In this document: one piece after another, positions 12,621 through 26,010 of the stretch | Position numbering within the stretch: position 1 is the stretch's first letter | Layout: each line of letters starts with the position of its first letter | Notes under the pieces: model-generated | Databases searched by the model: none | Told to the model about the DNA's origin: nothing | What the model saw: only the letters and a program-made list of their open reading frames with translations | Assembly (NCBI GenBank): GCA_008632985.1 | Contig: QPGO01000036.1 | Span: 186,001-250,000 of the forward strand | Origin: Psammoneis japonica | Lineage: Eukaryota | Direction of reading: 5' to 3' | DNA length: 64,000 nucleotides | Made by a program: the position numbers and the translations under genes

Positions 12621-15018
12621 ATGACCAGTGATCAGGTAGGCCATAATTCAACTAGAATAACCTTCTTGGGAACATATTGGTCGCCGTCGCTTTCTTACAT
12701 GACTGACATACGCTTGTTGTTTCGATTCATTATTTTTTATTCGGTAGGCGTCAACTGTTGCGACGATGCATGCCGCACCAAGGTATGTTGCAGCAAACAA
12801 GGATCAAACGTACTACATGTCATTCGGTGTGGTGCTCACTCGTTGCCGTCGCTAATTCCCTTGGCAGATTCGGGCATTCGTCTAGCATAGCGATTCTTGC
12901 GTCGGAAGACAACGACAAGCAGAAGGACTACGAGAAAGGGGTAAATTTCTCGCCTAACTCTCTATTTTCTATTTTTCGTGTGATTACTTGTTTCTCATAC
13001 TTATCATTTGTTCCCTATTTTACAGATAATTGCGTTCTCCACTTTTTTGCTTGTTCTCTTGACAACCTGGATCTTGGTATTGGTCGTCCTAAAGTGCATG
13101 CCTAAAGAAAAAGTTGGCTGTGCAAATGGAGGTCGAGTGATCGATATCGAGAAACTTCGGCGGAGTGATGCTCCGCGACCTAGATCGAGAGTCATGATTC
13201 GACGAAAGTGGCGACTTCAAGCGGTCTTCTTCGTGTGCTCCCTTCTCATTCCAGTGGCATCGATTCTGTTCCTCCAGAATGGACTGATCGCGATTGAAGA
13301 ATCCTTGCTCGATATTGCAGAGACGATGGAAGTAAGTAGTATTTGCATAAACAAGAAATCACAAACCATGGCTATGGAATGGACGAACTCAGTTGTTTGC
13401 CTCTGGTTCAATCTGTTGTAAAGGGGGTCAAAGAACTTGCTTATGAAGGAGAAGATATTGTTTCAGAGTTGATTTCCTCTCACATCGAGATGAAGCGTTT
13501 GGATGTCATCGCGTTCATGGATATTATATCTTATTGTCCAAAGTCGACCTCAAGCAAGTTTATTGATGATCTAGGCTTGGTCTCCATTGGGAGTGATATT
13601 ACGCTTGCACTGGAGGAATCCAGTAATTTCCTCAACATAAATGTGCTAAACGCCAAACGCGGCATTGATAGAGCTCTAAATGTGACCAACGCGGTTGATC
13701 AGAAAATCGAGTGGGTGTATGCAAATGATTGGAGGCCAAAAATGTTCCTGCTATTCCTCAATGTATTCAACTTCTTTTTGGTCACCGGGGCTTGCTTGTC
13801 GAAGCATGACAAGGTCCACTATCCGTTTCATTGCCTCTTGTCGTACCTACTTGTTCCCGGGTTTCTGATTATGCTGGTTTTGTCTGTGCTGGCTACCTGT
13901 GGCTTTGCCGTGGGAGCGCTGATGAACGCAGGTAAAGATTTCCTAATCCATACGCTCTCACAAATTTCGCAATAGCTGACAAAAATGTTTTGTTTCTGCT
14001 GTAGATTTGTGTTCAGGAGGAGAGGGAAGTCTAGAGGGAACTATTGGAGAAATCATGACCGAACGCGGAATCGAGAGAAGTGACTTACCATACCAGATGT
14101 TCGAGTTTTACCAAAATGTAAGCCTGGCGATTCGAATCCCTGTGTCTTCCGAGGTTCCGAATCTCTGACCTTTGACTATTTTCGGATTAGAATTGCGACA
14201 CAGAAAACCCAATCAACTCCTTTGCGCCGGACGAGGAGGAAATGCTTTCTGCCATCAACCATGGCTACGAGTTTTTATCTACCGCGGAGTCATACAACAG
14301 CAGTCTTCTTACGGAGGAATGTGGAGCGGATATTGGGCCCCTTACATCTGCAGCAAATACCGCCCTTAAGAATCTTGGAGTACTGATCACCCAGATACGT
14401 CGAGTTAAGCTCTTGACTGGTTGTTACAAAGTCAATCCGGTCCGGAAACAGATTTTGACTGGATCTACTTGTAACGAATCAATGGATGGAATTACGTGGA
14501 TGTTCTCAACAATGCTGGTTCTGTCTATTTGCTCTTTGACAATGATGTCGGTCCGTGCATCTTTGTACAACGCAGTAATCATGCCTTCCAAGGAGAATCA
14601 GGCTGACGCCGAATGGCAGGACTACAAAGATTTCATGAGAAAATACTTTGTAGATGTGGATACCTGGAAGAGAAATCCATCTCCCACACAGGAAAGTGCA
14701 GAGAAAAAAGATTATGATGATGATGTAGGGAATGTGGGGAGCTTTGAAACAGAGATTACTGCAGGGCCGTCCACAGATTCTTCTGAGTGCGCAGTCTTGC
14801 CGAGTGAACACCTCGACTTTGAGGAGGAAAGTAGAGTCGGCAACGTAGTGCCACCATTGCAGACGCCAGCGCGATTATCGGTTTTTTCAGAGAAAACTCG
14901 AGATCTTCTACACGTATTGGACGAAGAAATCCTTCCGCTGTCCCCGGAACCTGTCCCGCTGGCGCCGAAGAAGAAGTTTGTAGCTTTACAACGGACAAAT
15001 CGAGGCAAGCTGTGCTAA
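12621..15018 (+). CDS. Tweety (TTYH)-like membrane protein, paralog 2, ~7 exons
   Basis: Reads MTSDQ|ASTVATMHAAPR|FGHSSSIAIL…, ALMNA|DLCSGG and LLTGCYKVNPVRKQILTGSTCNESMDGITWMF. Several intron positions match the gene at 510-2779. Confidence 0.7.
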
Positions 15019-15224
15019 GTACGGACGACACGTGCTCTCGAGTCGCTAGTTTCATGCAGTTGTGAAAAAGAAATCCAAGTTTCATAATATGTATAGTAGC
15101 ATTCTATATTTTTAGCATGGAACCACGTCGGCGTGACGTGCATTATTGCTGTTCATTCGGTTGTAACACGCAGTGTCACTAGCATGTGGTAGTCTATGAT
15201 ATTTGTACAGTGTTCCGGCATGAA

Positions 15225-15542
15225 TCACAATTCGAGCTCAAACACTTCTCCGTATGCAGAGTCTTCGGTTAGGGTGTCAGCAGACTCGGCCTCCATGGCG
15301 CGGCCTGCACGGTTTTCCTTTAGCGAAGTCAACTTGCCGAGTTTCCTCTGAGACAGGCGGAACCGCTTCTCCAACTTGGGATCGGGCCGTGCAATGGGCA
15401 CAACCTTTCTGGATGATACAATCCGATGGTACATTTGCCACGTGGCATAGTCGTACATTCTTTCGTCGTAGGAGGCATCGCTTTGGCTCGAAGTATCGTT
15501 CCGCTTGACTGGAATGCTTTTCGACTTGGTCTTCGGTCGCAT
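15225..15542 (-). CDS. Small conserved diatom-type hypothetical protein (YDxATWxMYxRI motif, C-terminal VFELEL)
   Basis: ATG at 15542 and normal codon usage. YDYATWQMYHRIV and the terminal GEVFELEL resemble, from memory, a recurrent small-protein family in diatoms. Confidence 0.65.
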   Translation of the reverse strand: MRPKTKSKSIPVKRNDTSSQSDASYDERMYDYATWQMYHRIVSSRKVVPIARPDPKLEKRFRLSQRKLGKLTSLKENRAGRAMEAESADTLTEDSAYGEVFELEL

Positions 15543-15846
15543 TTTCGTCGTGGTCACGTCGTTGTCCGAGGACGCATGGCCATGGTCTCGTCCCCTTCCA
15601 TACTACGACGAACTGGGGTTTGAGTGGAGCCTCGATTACTTGCACGTCTCGAACGCAATGATTGATTAGTCGTTGTTGTTCTTGCTGCTGCAATGGGCGT
15701 TCCACCACTCACAATTCCTGCGCTGTGTGACGACTCAATGGCCATTGGAATTCCTGCATTATAGGATAAACAGTGCGTAAGAAAATCATAAAGAATCTTC
15801 ACAAATATCATACATAAGTACCGTGTAGAATAGACGAAGAATACTG

Positions 15847-16624
15847 TGACGTGTTCGTAGATGCATTGCCCTCGTTGCCCTGTCTCTAAGCATTCAAAAT
15901 GCCGAGCGACATTACGGAAGCAAGTGTGACGTAGCACTCACCTTTTCTCTTGGTGGTCTGACCGTCCTGCGGCGATGATGTTTCAAGTGGTTGGCGACGA
16001 TATGGCTGTCGGAATGCCGCCGGTATTGGCATCCAACATGGCTCACGCTGCTCTCCGTCATGCGACAACGATACACACATGTCAAAGTCACAAGCGTCGT
16101 GGTTGAATTCAAACGAAAGCGCATCTAAATCACCGTCATGTTTGATTCCAGAAGCGCGGCGAGCTGCGACTTGCGGCGTTCGATGGGACGGCGTCCCGAC
16201 GCGAGCATCTTTTCGGAGGAGACGCATTCTTTCTAACGCCTAAATTGACCACAACGGCAACGCTGACAGAGTCTTTGACGTGCGAAGTAGCGTTGCGAGA
16301 TGAGAGAGTGGGATTTGACCGCAACAAAACGCAAGTTGCAAAAAAAAAATACAGTAGTCGCGCAAACGAGATGCGATGCGAATGAGAGAGAGAAAGCGTT
16401 CGGAGTTCGGTGAGCGAAAATATTAGCCGTCCAATATGATGTGAGTTGACCTTTAGACGTCACGTTACTTAAAGTTACTAAACACGTCAGTGAACTTTGA
16501 TGTCAAGGGCAGCTGGCTTATGAGGTCGTCAATGATACAGGAAGCTTCAGTCACTTAGAAGAGATAAAAATGCTGTAGAGAAAAATTGGTGCCCGCTTTT
16601 TCAAGAAGTTCTGCCGCCACGTCA
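15847..16624. promoter_or_regulatory. Cluster of six TGACGT/ACGTCA bZIP (aureochrome-type) sites upstream of the small gene
   Basis: TGACGT at 15847, 15927 and 16276; ACGTCA at 16457, 16484 and 16619. Confidence 0.4.
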
Positions 16625-17049
16625 TCGATGCGCATGACCTTGCGGTCCGCCACACTAACTTCCGCACAGGGCGGGGGTGAATTGAGTGCAACTTCTGTGG
16701 CTAGCTGGCTAGATTAAGCTAATGCCAAGCCCATTGCACAACCAACTGTCCTCAAAGAACTCGTTTGGAGATGATGAAAAGCTAGGAAATGTGAAGAAAT
16801 GGTCAGTTCAAGGCCAATGATGGACAAAAAATGGCCAATCAACACATGGCAAAAACAACGGCTCAATTGAGTTTTTTGCTGGCACACTGCCATCGCTTCT
16901 TCTCGCTTCCGGGGCAGGGACCAGACTGGCGCGCATAGCAGGGTGCCCAGACAGGCCATGTTTGTTCCTTGCCAGGTGGCCAAATCAGTTGCCAGTGGTG
17001 TGCCTCCCCCACTTCAGAGGCGCAACCCGCCCCGCAGCATGTTTGCAGC

Positions 17050-18500
17050 GACTTGAGCTTGTGATGCACCACATGCCAGACACTTTGTCTTTCTGACAGG
17101 ACTGAGTTTGGCCCAGCAACCACCCCACCCCCCCTGCAGAGACCTGCAGAGACAAGAAGGAGCCAATTTGTGCAACAGCGCAAGTGCTCCGTTGTCTTGG
17201 GGCGGCTTTTGGCAGCTCCATTGTGTCCCAGGGGAGCCAACAACAACCATGGTTGGGAGGGAAGCAAAGGCTTTGTCTTGTGCCAATGCAGCACTTTGCA
17301 TCTCTGACTGGACTGGCTGGGTTAGGCCCAGCCTCCCCACCTGCTGCAGAGACAAGAAAACCATCTGTGCAACAGCACAAGCAAGTTCTCTGTTGTCTTG
17401 GGATGGCCTTGGATGACTCCATTGGGTCCCAGAGGACACAACAACAACAATGGTTGGGAAGCAAAGGCCTTGTCTTGTGTCAACTCAGCACCTTGTCTCT
17501 CTGACAGGACTGGGTTTGGCCCAGCCACACCCCACCTGCAGAAACAAGAAGAAAGCACCATTTGTGCAATGGTGCAAGTGCTCCACTGTCTTTGGACGGC
17601 TTTTGGTGACTCCATTTAATCACAGGAGTGCCAGCAGCAACAATGGCTGGGAAGCAAAGGCCTTGTCTTGTGTCAATGCAGCACCTTGCAGAGACAAGAA
17701 AGCCATTTGTGCAACAGTGCAAGTGCTCCATTGTCTTGGGATGGCTTTTGGTGGCTCCATTTAATCACAGGAGAGCCAGCAGCAACAATGGCTGGGAAGC
17801 AAAGTCCTTGTGTCAACACAGCACCTTGTCTTTTTCTGACATGACTGGGTTTGGTCCAGCCAGCCAGCCAACCTGCTGCAAAGACAAGGGAACCATCTTT
17901 GTGACAGTGCAAGCACTTGGTTGTCTGAGACTCCATTGGGTCCCAGGGAAGGCAAAAACAACAACTGTTGGGAAGGAAAAGCCTTGCCTTGGGCCAATGC
18001 AGCCCCTTTTTTTCTGATGTGAGACTGGCTTGCTTTGGCCCAGCCACCCCACCTGCAGAGACAAGGGAGCTTTCTGTGTGACAGCGCAAGTGCCCAGTCA
18101 TCTTTGGATGGCCTTGGTTAACTCCATTGTGTCTCAGCAGGGGAGCCAGAAACAACTGTGTTGGGAGTCAAAAGCCTTGAATTGTGCCAACACATCCCCC
18201 CTTTTCTTTCTCACATGAGTGGCTTTGGCACCACAGCCACCCCACCTGCAGAGACAAGGGAGATTTCTGTGTGACAATGAAAGTGCCCAGTTGTCTTTGG
18301 ATGGCCTTGGGTGACTCCATTGTGTCCCTGGGCAGCCAACAACAACCTTGGTTGGGGAGCAAAGACCTTGTCTTGTGTCAATGCAGCCCCTTTCTTTCTG
18401 TCATGACTGGCTTTGGCCCATCCAGCACACCCTTGCAGAGACCAGGGAGCCATCTGTGTGACAGCACAAAGGAGACTCCATTGGGTGCCAGGGGATGCAA
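17050..18500 (+). repeat. Tandem array of ~170-215-bp units (~8 copies)
   Basis: tttggcccagcc..cccacctgcagagacaag…caagtgc…ctccatt…aaggccttgtcttgtg recurs at about 17108, 17325, 17516, 17690, 17850, 18034, 18224 and 18413. Confidence 0.9.
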
Positions 18501-19449
18501 CAACAATCACGGGAATCTTGTGGCAATGCATGAGAAATTTGAGATCTTTGGGTGCAATGGAGACTGGATGAGAGTGGGGGTCATGGGCCACATTGGCACA
18601 GCGCTTTGTTGTTGATGGAGGCAGCAGCAGTGACAGAAATTGCTGGGTCAACAGCTGGTGCTGCAGCAGCTCTAGTGACAGAGCCTTGGCTTCTCTGAGT
18701 GCTCCTCCTGGTGGGCTCTTGTGGCTGAGGTTGAGCTTGAGATCTGCCAGCCCCACCTGTGTCACCTTGGCCAAAACCACCGCCGGTGTTGGAATGCTTG
18801 GCAGCACAAAGATGGCCACCACTGCCTCTGCAGGGGGGCAGCTCAATGTGTTTGGCAGTGTCATTGCAACACACCAAAAAGAAAATGTGGTTGTGAGGGC
18901 ATCAAGCAGATTGTGGAGATTGAAGTCCCAGAACATTGAAAAGATGGTGTGTGGCAGCAAGACACTGTGAAAATTTCCATCTTAACAAGAACACACCAAC
19001 ATGACAAAAAATGAGAAATTGCCCAACTGCAGACACACATGCAAAACTCATGACTTGATGATTCATTCAAGTCATTTCAAATCAATCAAACCTTCAAAAC
19101 TGAGTGTGAGTGTGGAATTTTTAAAAAACTGTCTTTTAAAACAGCAATGCCAACAGGAATTGCCAGGCAGACATGCTTGACATTGCCACAAGAACACAAG
19201 TCATCATTGACTTACAAGACACCACAAAACACAGGGCTCACCCAACATCATGACAATGACCACAGCAGCAAGGGAGGCAACAGAAGAGCAAGGGGGGGAC
19301 AATGCGGACCAACACCAGGTGAGAGAAAGGCAGGAACCAGTGGGAGTGCACAGAGCTCAGGCAACAATGCAAGCAACTGATGCTTTTGCCAATCTTTGAC
19401 TCAGACATGTTGACATGCAAGGAGAGCCAGAAGGGAAGACGTCCCTGCA

Positions 19450-19700
19450 GGGGTCACACAAAGGTGAGCAGAGTCAGCATTTGTCCCACCAAGCACATTC
19501 AAAAAAAGAACACACACAATGCTCTCATCTTCTGTGCACTCTTTTCTCTTTTTTGCAGGTGACACTTTTGCAAACCAGTGCAAAAAATGAAAGAAACAAA
19601 GTCGCACACAAAGGTGAGCAGAGGCGCCATTTGTGCCAAGCCAAGCCCACTCAAAACAAAAGACACACAATGCTCTGAACTGTTGCAAGCTCTTTTCTCT
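19450..19700 (+). repeat. Two-copy ~150-bp tandem repeat
   Basis: cacacaaaggtgagcagag…catttgt…acacacaatgctct occurs at ~19455 and ~19605. Confidence 0.75.
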
Positions 19701-22700
19701 TCTTTGCAGGCAATGCTTTGGCAAACCAGCATGATGAGCAAAAGAGACAAGGTCATGACATGGAACAAACAACGCAGCTGTGGTGAGCAAGTGCAGTTGC
19801 AAGGGATGGCGCAATGAGCAAACCATCACACCATCATGTGAAGACAGAGAGTGCTGTGGCACAGAAGCACTGGCAGGAGACAGGACAAAACCAAGGAGGA
19901 AAGAGCAAGAAACAGGAAGCACAAACACATTCACTGCAGAAATGACAAAACACAGCCAGCACAAATCACATTGCAAACAGCACACAGCCAATGCACAAGC
20001 ATCTCAATGAGATGAATGATGTTGCTGTTGTCAGAAATGAGAAATGTCAGAAAGCAGCTGCAATTGCACCCCCTTGTCAAGAACAAACAATTCATCAATT
20101 GTCATTTCCAGCTTTGCATGTTTGTTCAATTGTGGACACAAACCAAGTCATGTCAAAATTGTTGTGGCTGCAATCTTGTCAAGACAAATGAACAGTGCGA
20201 CACACAGATTGAGCATGTTTCCTGTTTGGAGTGTCAGAACAATCTTCAAATTTGCTTTGTTCAAATTGGCTGGCACTTGTTGAGAACCCAGGTTCTGATT
20301 TGGCACAGATGACTTCTGAACAAGAGCCACAACATTTTCAGATGCAACAGCTGTGCATGTGTGTTTTGCACTTGGTTCCACAGCACCACACTTCCTGCAG
20401 CACCAGCACTGGTCATCACAGCCCAGCCCAGGTGGAGCCACCAGTGTGTCATGCAGTGCTCTTTGGCTGTCCACCAAAGGAGCTTTTGCTCTCATTCCTC
20501 TGTCTGTCTGCCAACTCTGCATGACTTGATTCTGGTGAGTTGACTGCCTTGCATGGGAGAGGAGCTCTGAATGTGCCACTCTTCTCAGCAGCTGTGGCTT
20601 TGTGATCTTTGCAAAACTGTGGAACATCATGGGCTCCAGAGTGGACAGACTTGTGCAGAGGAAAACAAACCAACTGCTTCTGCATGAGATCACACTTTCC
20701 TTGCAAAACAGCAAAGAGAGCTTGCCTTGCTTGCAGATCACAGATCATGACATGTGTCAAGTCATTGATGATGAGAAAACCAGTCCACATGGGCTGGACG
20801 GCTCTCATGAGCATGAGCTCAAAAACAACACATGATGCATCTTTGAAGTGGGTCAGTCGTTTCTCCTCATCTCATTTTTGCTGTTCATGACACGTGTTGC
20901 CCAATGCCAAGTGCTGTGCCAAGCCAGTCACATCACACTGGTTGTCCCAGTTGCAAGAACAACAAGCTGTCTTTTTCTTCTCTTTTTTTTTTTATGTCAA
21001 CTGCACTCTGGGCATCATCCAGCATCTTCTTTTGCGTGTCCATTGTGCTCAAGGTGTTAGATTGAGAAGTGTGCCATCAATTGAAAACCTCAGCTCTTTT
21101 GTGGTTTCTGACTCACTTGTGAGAGTGATGAGGCAACATGCCCCCAATGTTTGACAGTGTGCTCACAGAAAACAAAACAGAAAAAGAGCACCTCATGTCT
21201 GGAGCATGCTGTGTGTTGGGCCTCTCAGGGAAGGAACCTGCTAGAGGAGCACCCAGATTGAGAAATGATGACCAGCCACATGCCCCATTTCAAGTTTTGA
21301 GTTTGAGTTTGGCTCTTCAACAATGGGGTTTGTTCTTCAGCAAAGAAAACAACTGACCCATGAGATTTTTTTATTTTGTCAATTGGACTGATTGGTGAGG
21401 GCCTGAAGCACTGTTCAAAACATGCCTCCTTCATGGCATGGCTCAGTTTTTGAGACAAATGGATCAGAGATGAAACAAAGCAAATTGTTGAAAAGATCAG
21501 GTCACATCCTTTGAAACATGGGTTGGTGTCTCAGCAAACTAAATTTTTACATGACTTTTTACAGCAGTGGTGGGCCAGCCATGATGCCATGGATTGTCCA
21601 CTTTCTTTTGCTGTGTTGTGGGAAAGTTGATGGTTTTTTGGTGAGCACACTGGTTGGCTTGGTTGGCGGTGTGGCACAACCATTGAGAGAGACCACCATT
21701 TTGACCACTTTTCTTGATGTTTTTGTTTTTGATGTGTGCTGTGTGATGCTGCTGCACCATCCTTTGATGCTGGGAGGTGCGCCGAAACAGGGATGTCAAT
21801 GTGTGACATTTTGACAACTCAGCAGGAAGGCAGTTTTTGAACAATCCATGAGGCTTTCTTGTGTTTCTGCAGCTGCCTCTTGTGCAAGAACAGCGCCACA
21901 CACTGTGCAAGAAATTGAGCTCTGAAGCAACAATGTCATTTTTTTCATGTCTTGCACTGCAGCCACAAGCTGTGCACATCAAAATGGTGCTGTGCACTGC
22001 TGCCTTAAATTTGCCCATTCATGAACCAACTGCCATCACAGGGCTGCAATGGCAAAATGTTGTGATGGGTCACAACTGCCTGCCTGCACTCAATGTGGTG
22101 CTTTGATTGAAATTTTGGGTTTTGCAGTTTCTGTGCTTTGTGGAGAGAGCCTTTCAACTCATGGCTTTTGTGTGTGGCACCTCACTTTACAAGCATTGTC
22201 AAGGAGGAGCACCATTTTGATGGTGCATCTGCTTTTCTTCAAGATGATTGATTGGCAAGGAGCAAGGTGATTGGCGCAGAGTTGTTTTTGACCAAGAACA
22301 AATTGCAGACATCTTGCTTCTTGCTCCTGCAAGATTTGGTCTGCATGTGCCATGCATTGCAGATAAACTTGAAAATGGTGTGCTGGGATGAAAAAGCTGT
22401 GCTCAACAAGATGCACATGGCCCACAAGGCCTGAATCTTCCCAACCCTGCCTCTCTTCCTGTCAAGCCCTTGATCATGGATTTGGACAGAGACATGGCAC
22501 TGGATCTCAAGACTTGGCTGCCCCAACAAGAGTGAATTTGATGTCAAGAACCACTTAAATTTTGACAGAAGCCCAACACAGAAGGATGCTTGAGGGGAAG
22601 CCATGGCCAAAAAATGGCTGGTTTGCAGCAGGAGGTCAGTGGATGCACAATGCGGTGAAGAGGGTGGCTGTGTGTCTTTTGGCTTGCACTGCACACGCAC

Positions 22701-24639
22701 AGTGCTGCTGCTCCAGAGGATGATGATGTCGGGAGTGATGGCAAAGTCATTGGCATGTCCACAGCAACAATCAGCATGATGACGCATCCTGCTCTGATGC
22801 TGAATTGATGCAGGAGACTCCCAAAGCTGGCAAATCCCAACCCAAGGTTCCACACAAGAGTGGAGACACTGAGCAGACTCACTTGGCAGCAGGACAAAGC
22901 AAGAGCAGACCTTGTTTTGCAGCAGCACTTAATCAACCAAGGGATGTCAAAGAATGGAAGCCCACAGTCTGCACTGGTGGTCTGCTCAGCGGCACTCAGG
23001 AAAACAGTTTGTCGGTGCTTGAGCAAGTGGTGAAATGAGCCACTGGTGGGCCAAAGCCAAACTTTTTGCTGGAGCATGTGAAGCCAGCTGCAGCAGGGCC
23101 AAATGAATGTTGCCTTCATCTTTCCAAGGTGCCTCGGATGTTTTGATGCCATCACCCAAAGGTGATGTGAGCCTCCTCAGAAAGAGACCTGTCAGGCCAA
23201 AGACAAGGACTTGACACACCTGTGAAGTCTCACAATTTTGATCAGTTTCTCTTGTTGAAACAATGGGTTTGCAATGTTTCACACATTTTCACAAAATTAA
23301 TTGATTTTTGGTGATTGGACATTTTGACAAATGATGTTGTGGTGTGACACCCTTGCAGCTCTCTTTGACAATTCCGTCATGCAAAAAGCAAACCTTTCTT
23401 CCTTTGCGAACAAAATCTCAGCACAAAAGACCACACAATTCACAATGCTTTCACAATCAATCAAATCCACAATGTGCAAACAAACATGAGATGCAATTGC
23501 TCCACCCAGGCCATTCCAATGGAAGCCATGGGCCAAGCTCCAATGACATGAAAGACTTCCAAGGGGAGGGAAAAAAGAAGGTGCCAATGGATGCAGTGCT
23601 TGACATTGCATGCAGCTTTCAAGAATCGGGAGTCCTCCGAAACGCAATGGCATCCGCTCGCTCAGGTGACTGCTGTTCCGAACAAGCACGACACCTCCGG
23701 TGTGCACTTGCTTGACAAATTGATGAACTCAGCCACCTTGGGATCACACTCACCATCCAAAGGCAGTTCAAGACCATCATTTTTGAAGGATTGGCTGGAG
23801 CTTTCTGGATGGTTGCCAATTCGCATGGGTGCAAATGAATCAAGGCTGCTCCAGTGTTGGAATGAACACTCCCAATGCAATCACTTAGCAAGTGTCATGC
23901 AACGCATTGCAGCCAGTCTTTGAATGAATGCCTCTTGTCAATGAGTGCTTGGGTGACAAGAGAAAATGCCCAAACAACAGGGAGTGTGTCCCGCTGCTGT
24001 GGTGGCGGTGCTTCTAGTCTTGGGGAGAGTGGCGACCAAGGAAGCAGTCATTCTTCTTCCACGCTGGATCTCATGCTTCAAAACCTCTGCCCAAAGACCA
24101 TTTGTGTCCCAAGGAAAAGTTGAATGAACTCACACTCCAAGCCTGGTCATTCCTTGTTGTTTGTGGAGCACTTTGCAGCCCAAAAATCTTTGGATGCATG
24201 GTTGCAGACACCTTTTCTGGCGTGAAGAGAGAGTCCTCAACCAAATGCTGCATCCTTGAAACCACATCTGATCATTTGTGATGACAATGAAGTGAGTGCA
24301 GGTCTTGACATCAGCTCCAGTCCTGAGTGGGAAGTCAGAGAGCAAGTCGCATTGCACCGCATCATCCGCACTGTCATTCCATCCCACCTTTTTAACTGAC
24401 CATTGACTGACACTTGTTTCCACTTTACTCCACAACCACAGTCCACAACTGAGCAGTCCACTCAACATGAGCCATCTGCCGTTGCATCCACTGGTGCTGC
24501 AACGGAGTTTCCTTTTGACAAAAGCAACTCATTTGGTTTGGATGAGGATCACATCCAAGCAGTGGCCACCCCTGCAGTGGTGTCAACGGCGCAAGAATCC
24601 CTCACAGTGGATGACCGTGCCTCTGAGACATTGTTGGCA

Positions 24640-26010
24640 TTGGTGTCTTCAGAGCAAGAGATCCTTTCTGACGTGAGCAATGAGAGCCTTCCAGACCAGC
24701 ATGGTGCAGAGGGGCTGTTGGTCCACACAGAACAGGGGCAGAAGAAGCAGAGCACGTTCAAGCACCCACCTCCCTCATTGTGCACAGCAGTGCTTTGTTC
24801 CAACTTGACTCAGAGCAGCTTTGGGAAGCGCGCGTGTTCTTTCCACTGATGGGCAAACTGTTCAAAGGTTGCCAGAATCTTGAATCATCAAGGTGGTGCA
24901 GCGGGACAGTTTGAGTGCTTGCGGGAACAAAAAATGCCCGCAAAGAGAGAAGAGCAGGAGTCAGAGAGAGACACAGAACAGAGAGAGGAGCAACTTGGAG
25001 AGAGAGAGAGAGAGAGAGAGAGATGGGGAGCAGAGCACACAGAAAAGAGAAAGCGTGATTTGCAGAGTCCCAGAGAGGTTGAGAGAGGAAGAAAATGAAT
25101 TCAGGGAAATGGCGAGGCAAGAAGAAGATTGATTTTGGCAAGGACTGCAGGCAGCAACCTCCACTTGCTTTTGCTTGCTTCAGTGGTTCTGCGTGGATGA
25201 GTTGAGTCTGGCAGCAAGCTTTCTGACCACATTCAGCTCAGTGAGTGTGAGTGATCAAGATCCTGTTGCTTTTGTGTGCAATGATTGGCAAGTTTTGGGT
25301 GAGCAGCGACATTCTGTTGACAGAGCAGAATCTTCATGGCACCTGCAGTTTGGCACATGTCATGCACAACACGCACCTTTGCATTCGACATTTCGGATTC
25401 AGCTTGAGGGGTTGAAACCTTGAACGCAGACTTGACATTCCATTTTGGACCAAAAAGCACCATTTGTGGTGGACAGTGTGCACTTGGAGTGCAGACAGAT
25501 CCAGTCTTGTTTCTGCAATGAAGCACTTGATGATTTTAACACCTTTGCCAGTTGGAAGGTTTTCTTTGGGATTTCACAAAAACAGCATGGTTGTGTTGGG
25601 AACATTTTGCAGGGCACCGGTGCAGAGAGTTTTCAAGCTCCTGCATGTTCAATTGCGCATGGTGGAAACTTGCCTTTCACACTCACAACATGGCCTTTGT
25701 AATTCAGTGTGTGTTCCAGCAAGCACAGCCCTGTGAAATTCTTGCGTTTCCATCTCATTGTCAACCAGTGCCAACAGGTGCAACAATGCTTGGAATTTGC
25801 AAATTCTTGTCAGCATCCCTTGCTTGCAATGGCTTGATCAAGAATCTGTCAATGTTTCTGTCAGGGTTGAAAGCAATGTGACTTTGTCAGGATGTCATGT
25901 GTGCAGAGAGTTTTGAAGCTGCCAGCTCAAATGTGCTTTGAAAGCTTGCACCTTTGCACCCAACTTGCACAACAGGCTTTGTTCATTCAGTTTCTAGCCC
26001 ACCAAGCATT
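24640..26010 (+). repeat. Dispersed repeat, copy 2, interrupted by a ~380-bp insertion (24829-25206) containing a GA microsatellite
   Basis: Inverted homology to 4720-5750 breaks after gcagctttgggaagc and resumes at tctggcagcaagctttctgaccacatt. Confidence 0.8.

Noticed and set aside
17050..18500. CRISPR-like array
   Set aside because: The units are diverged along their whole length with no unique spacers, no cas genes are present, and the context is eukaryotic.
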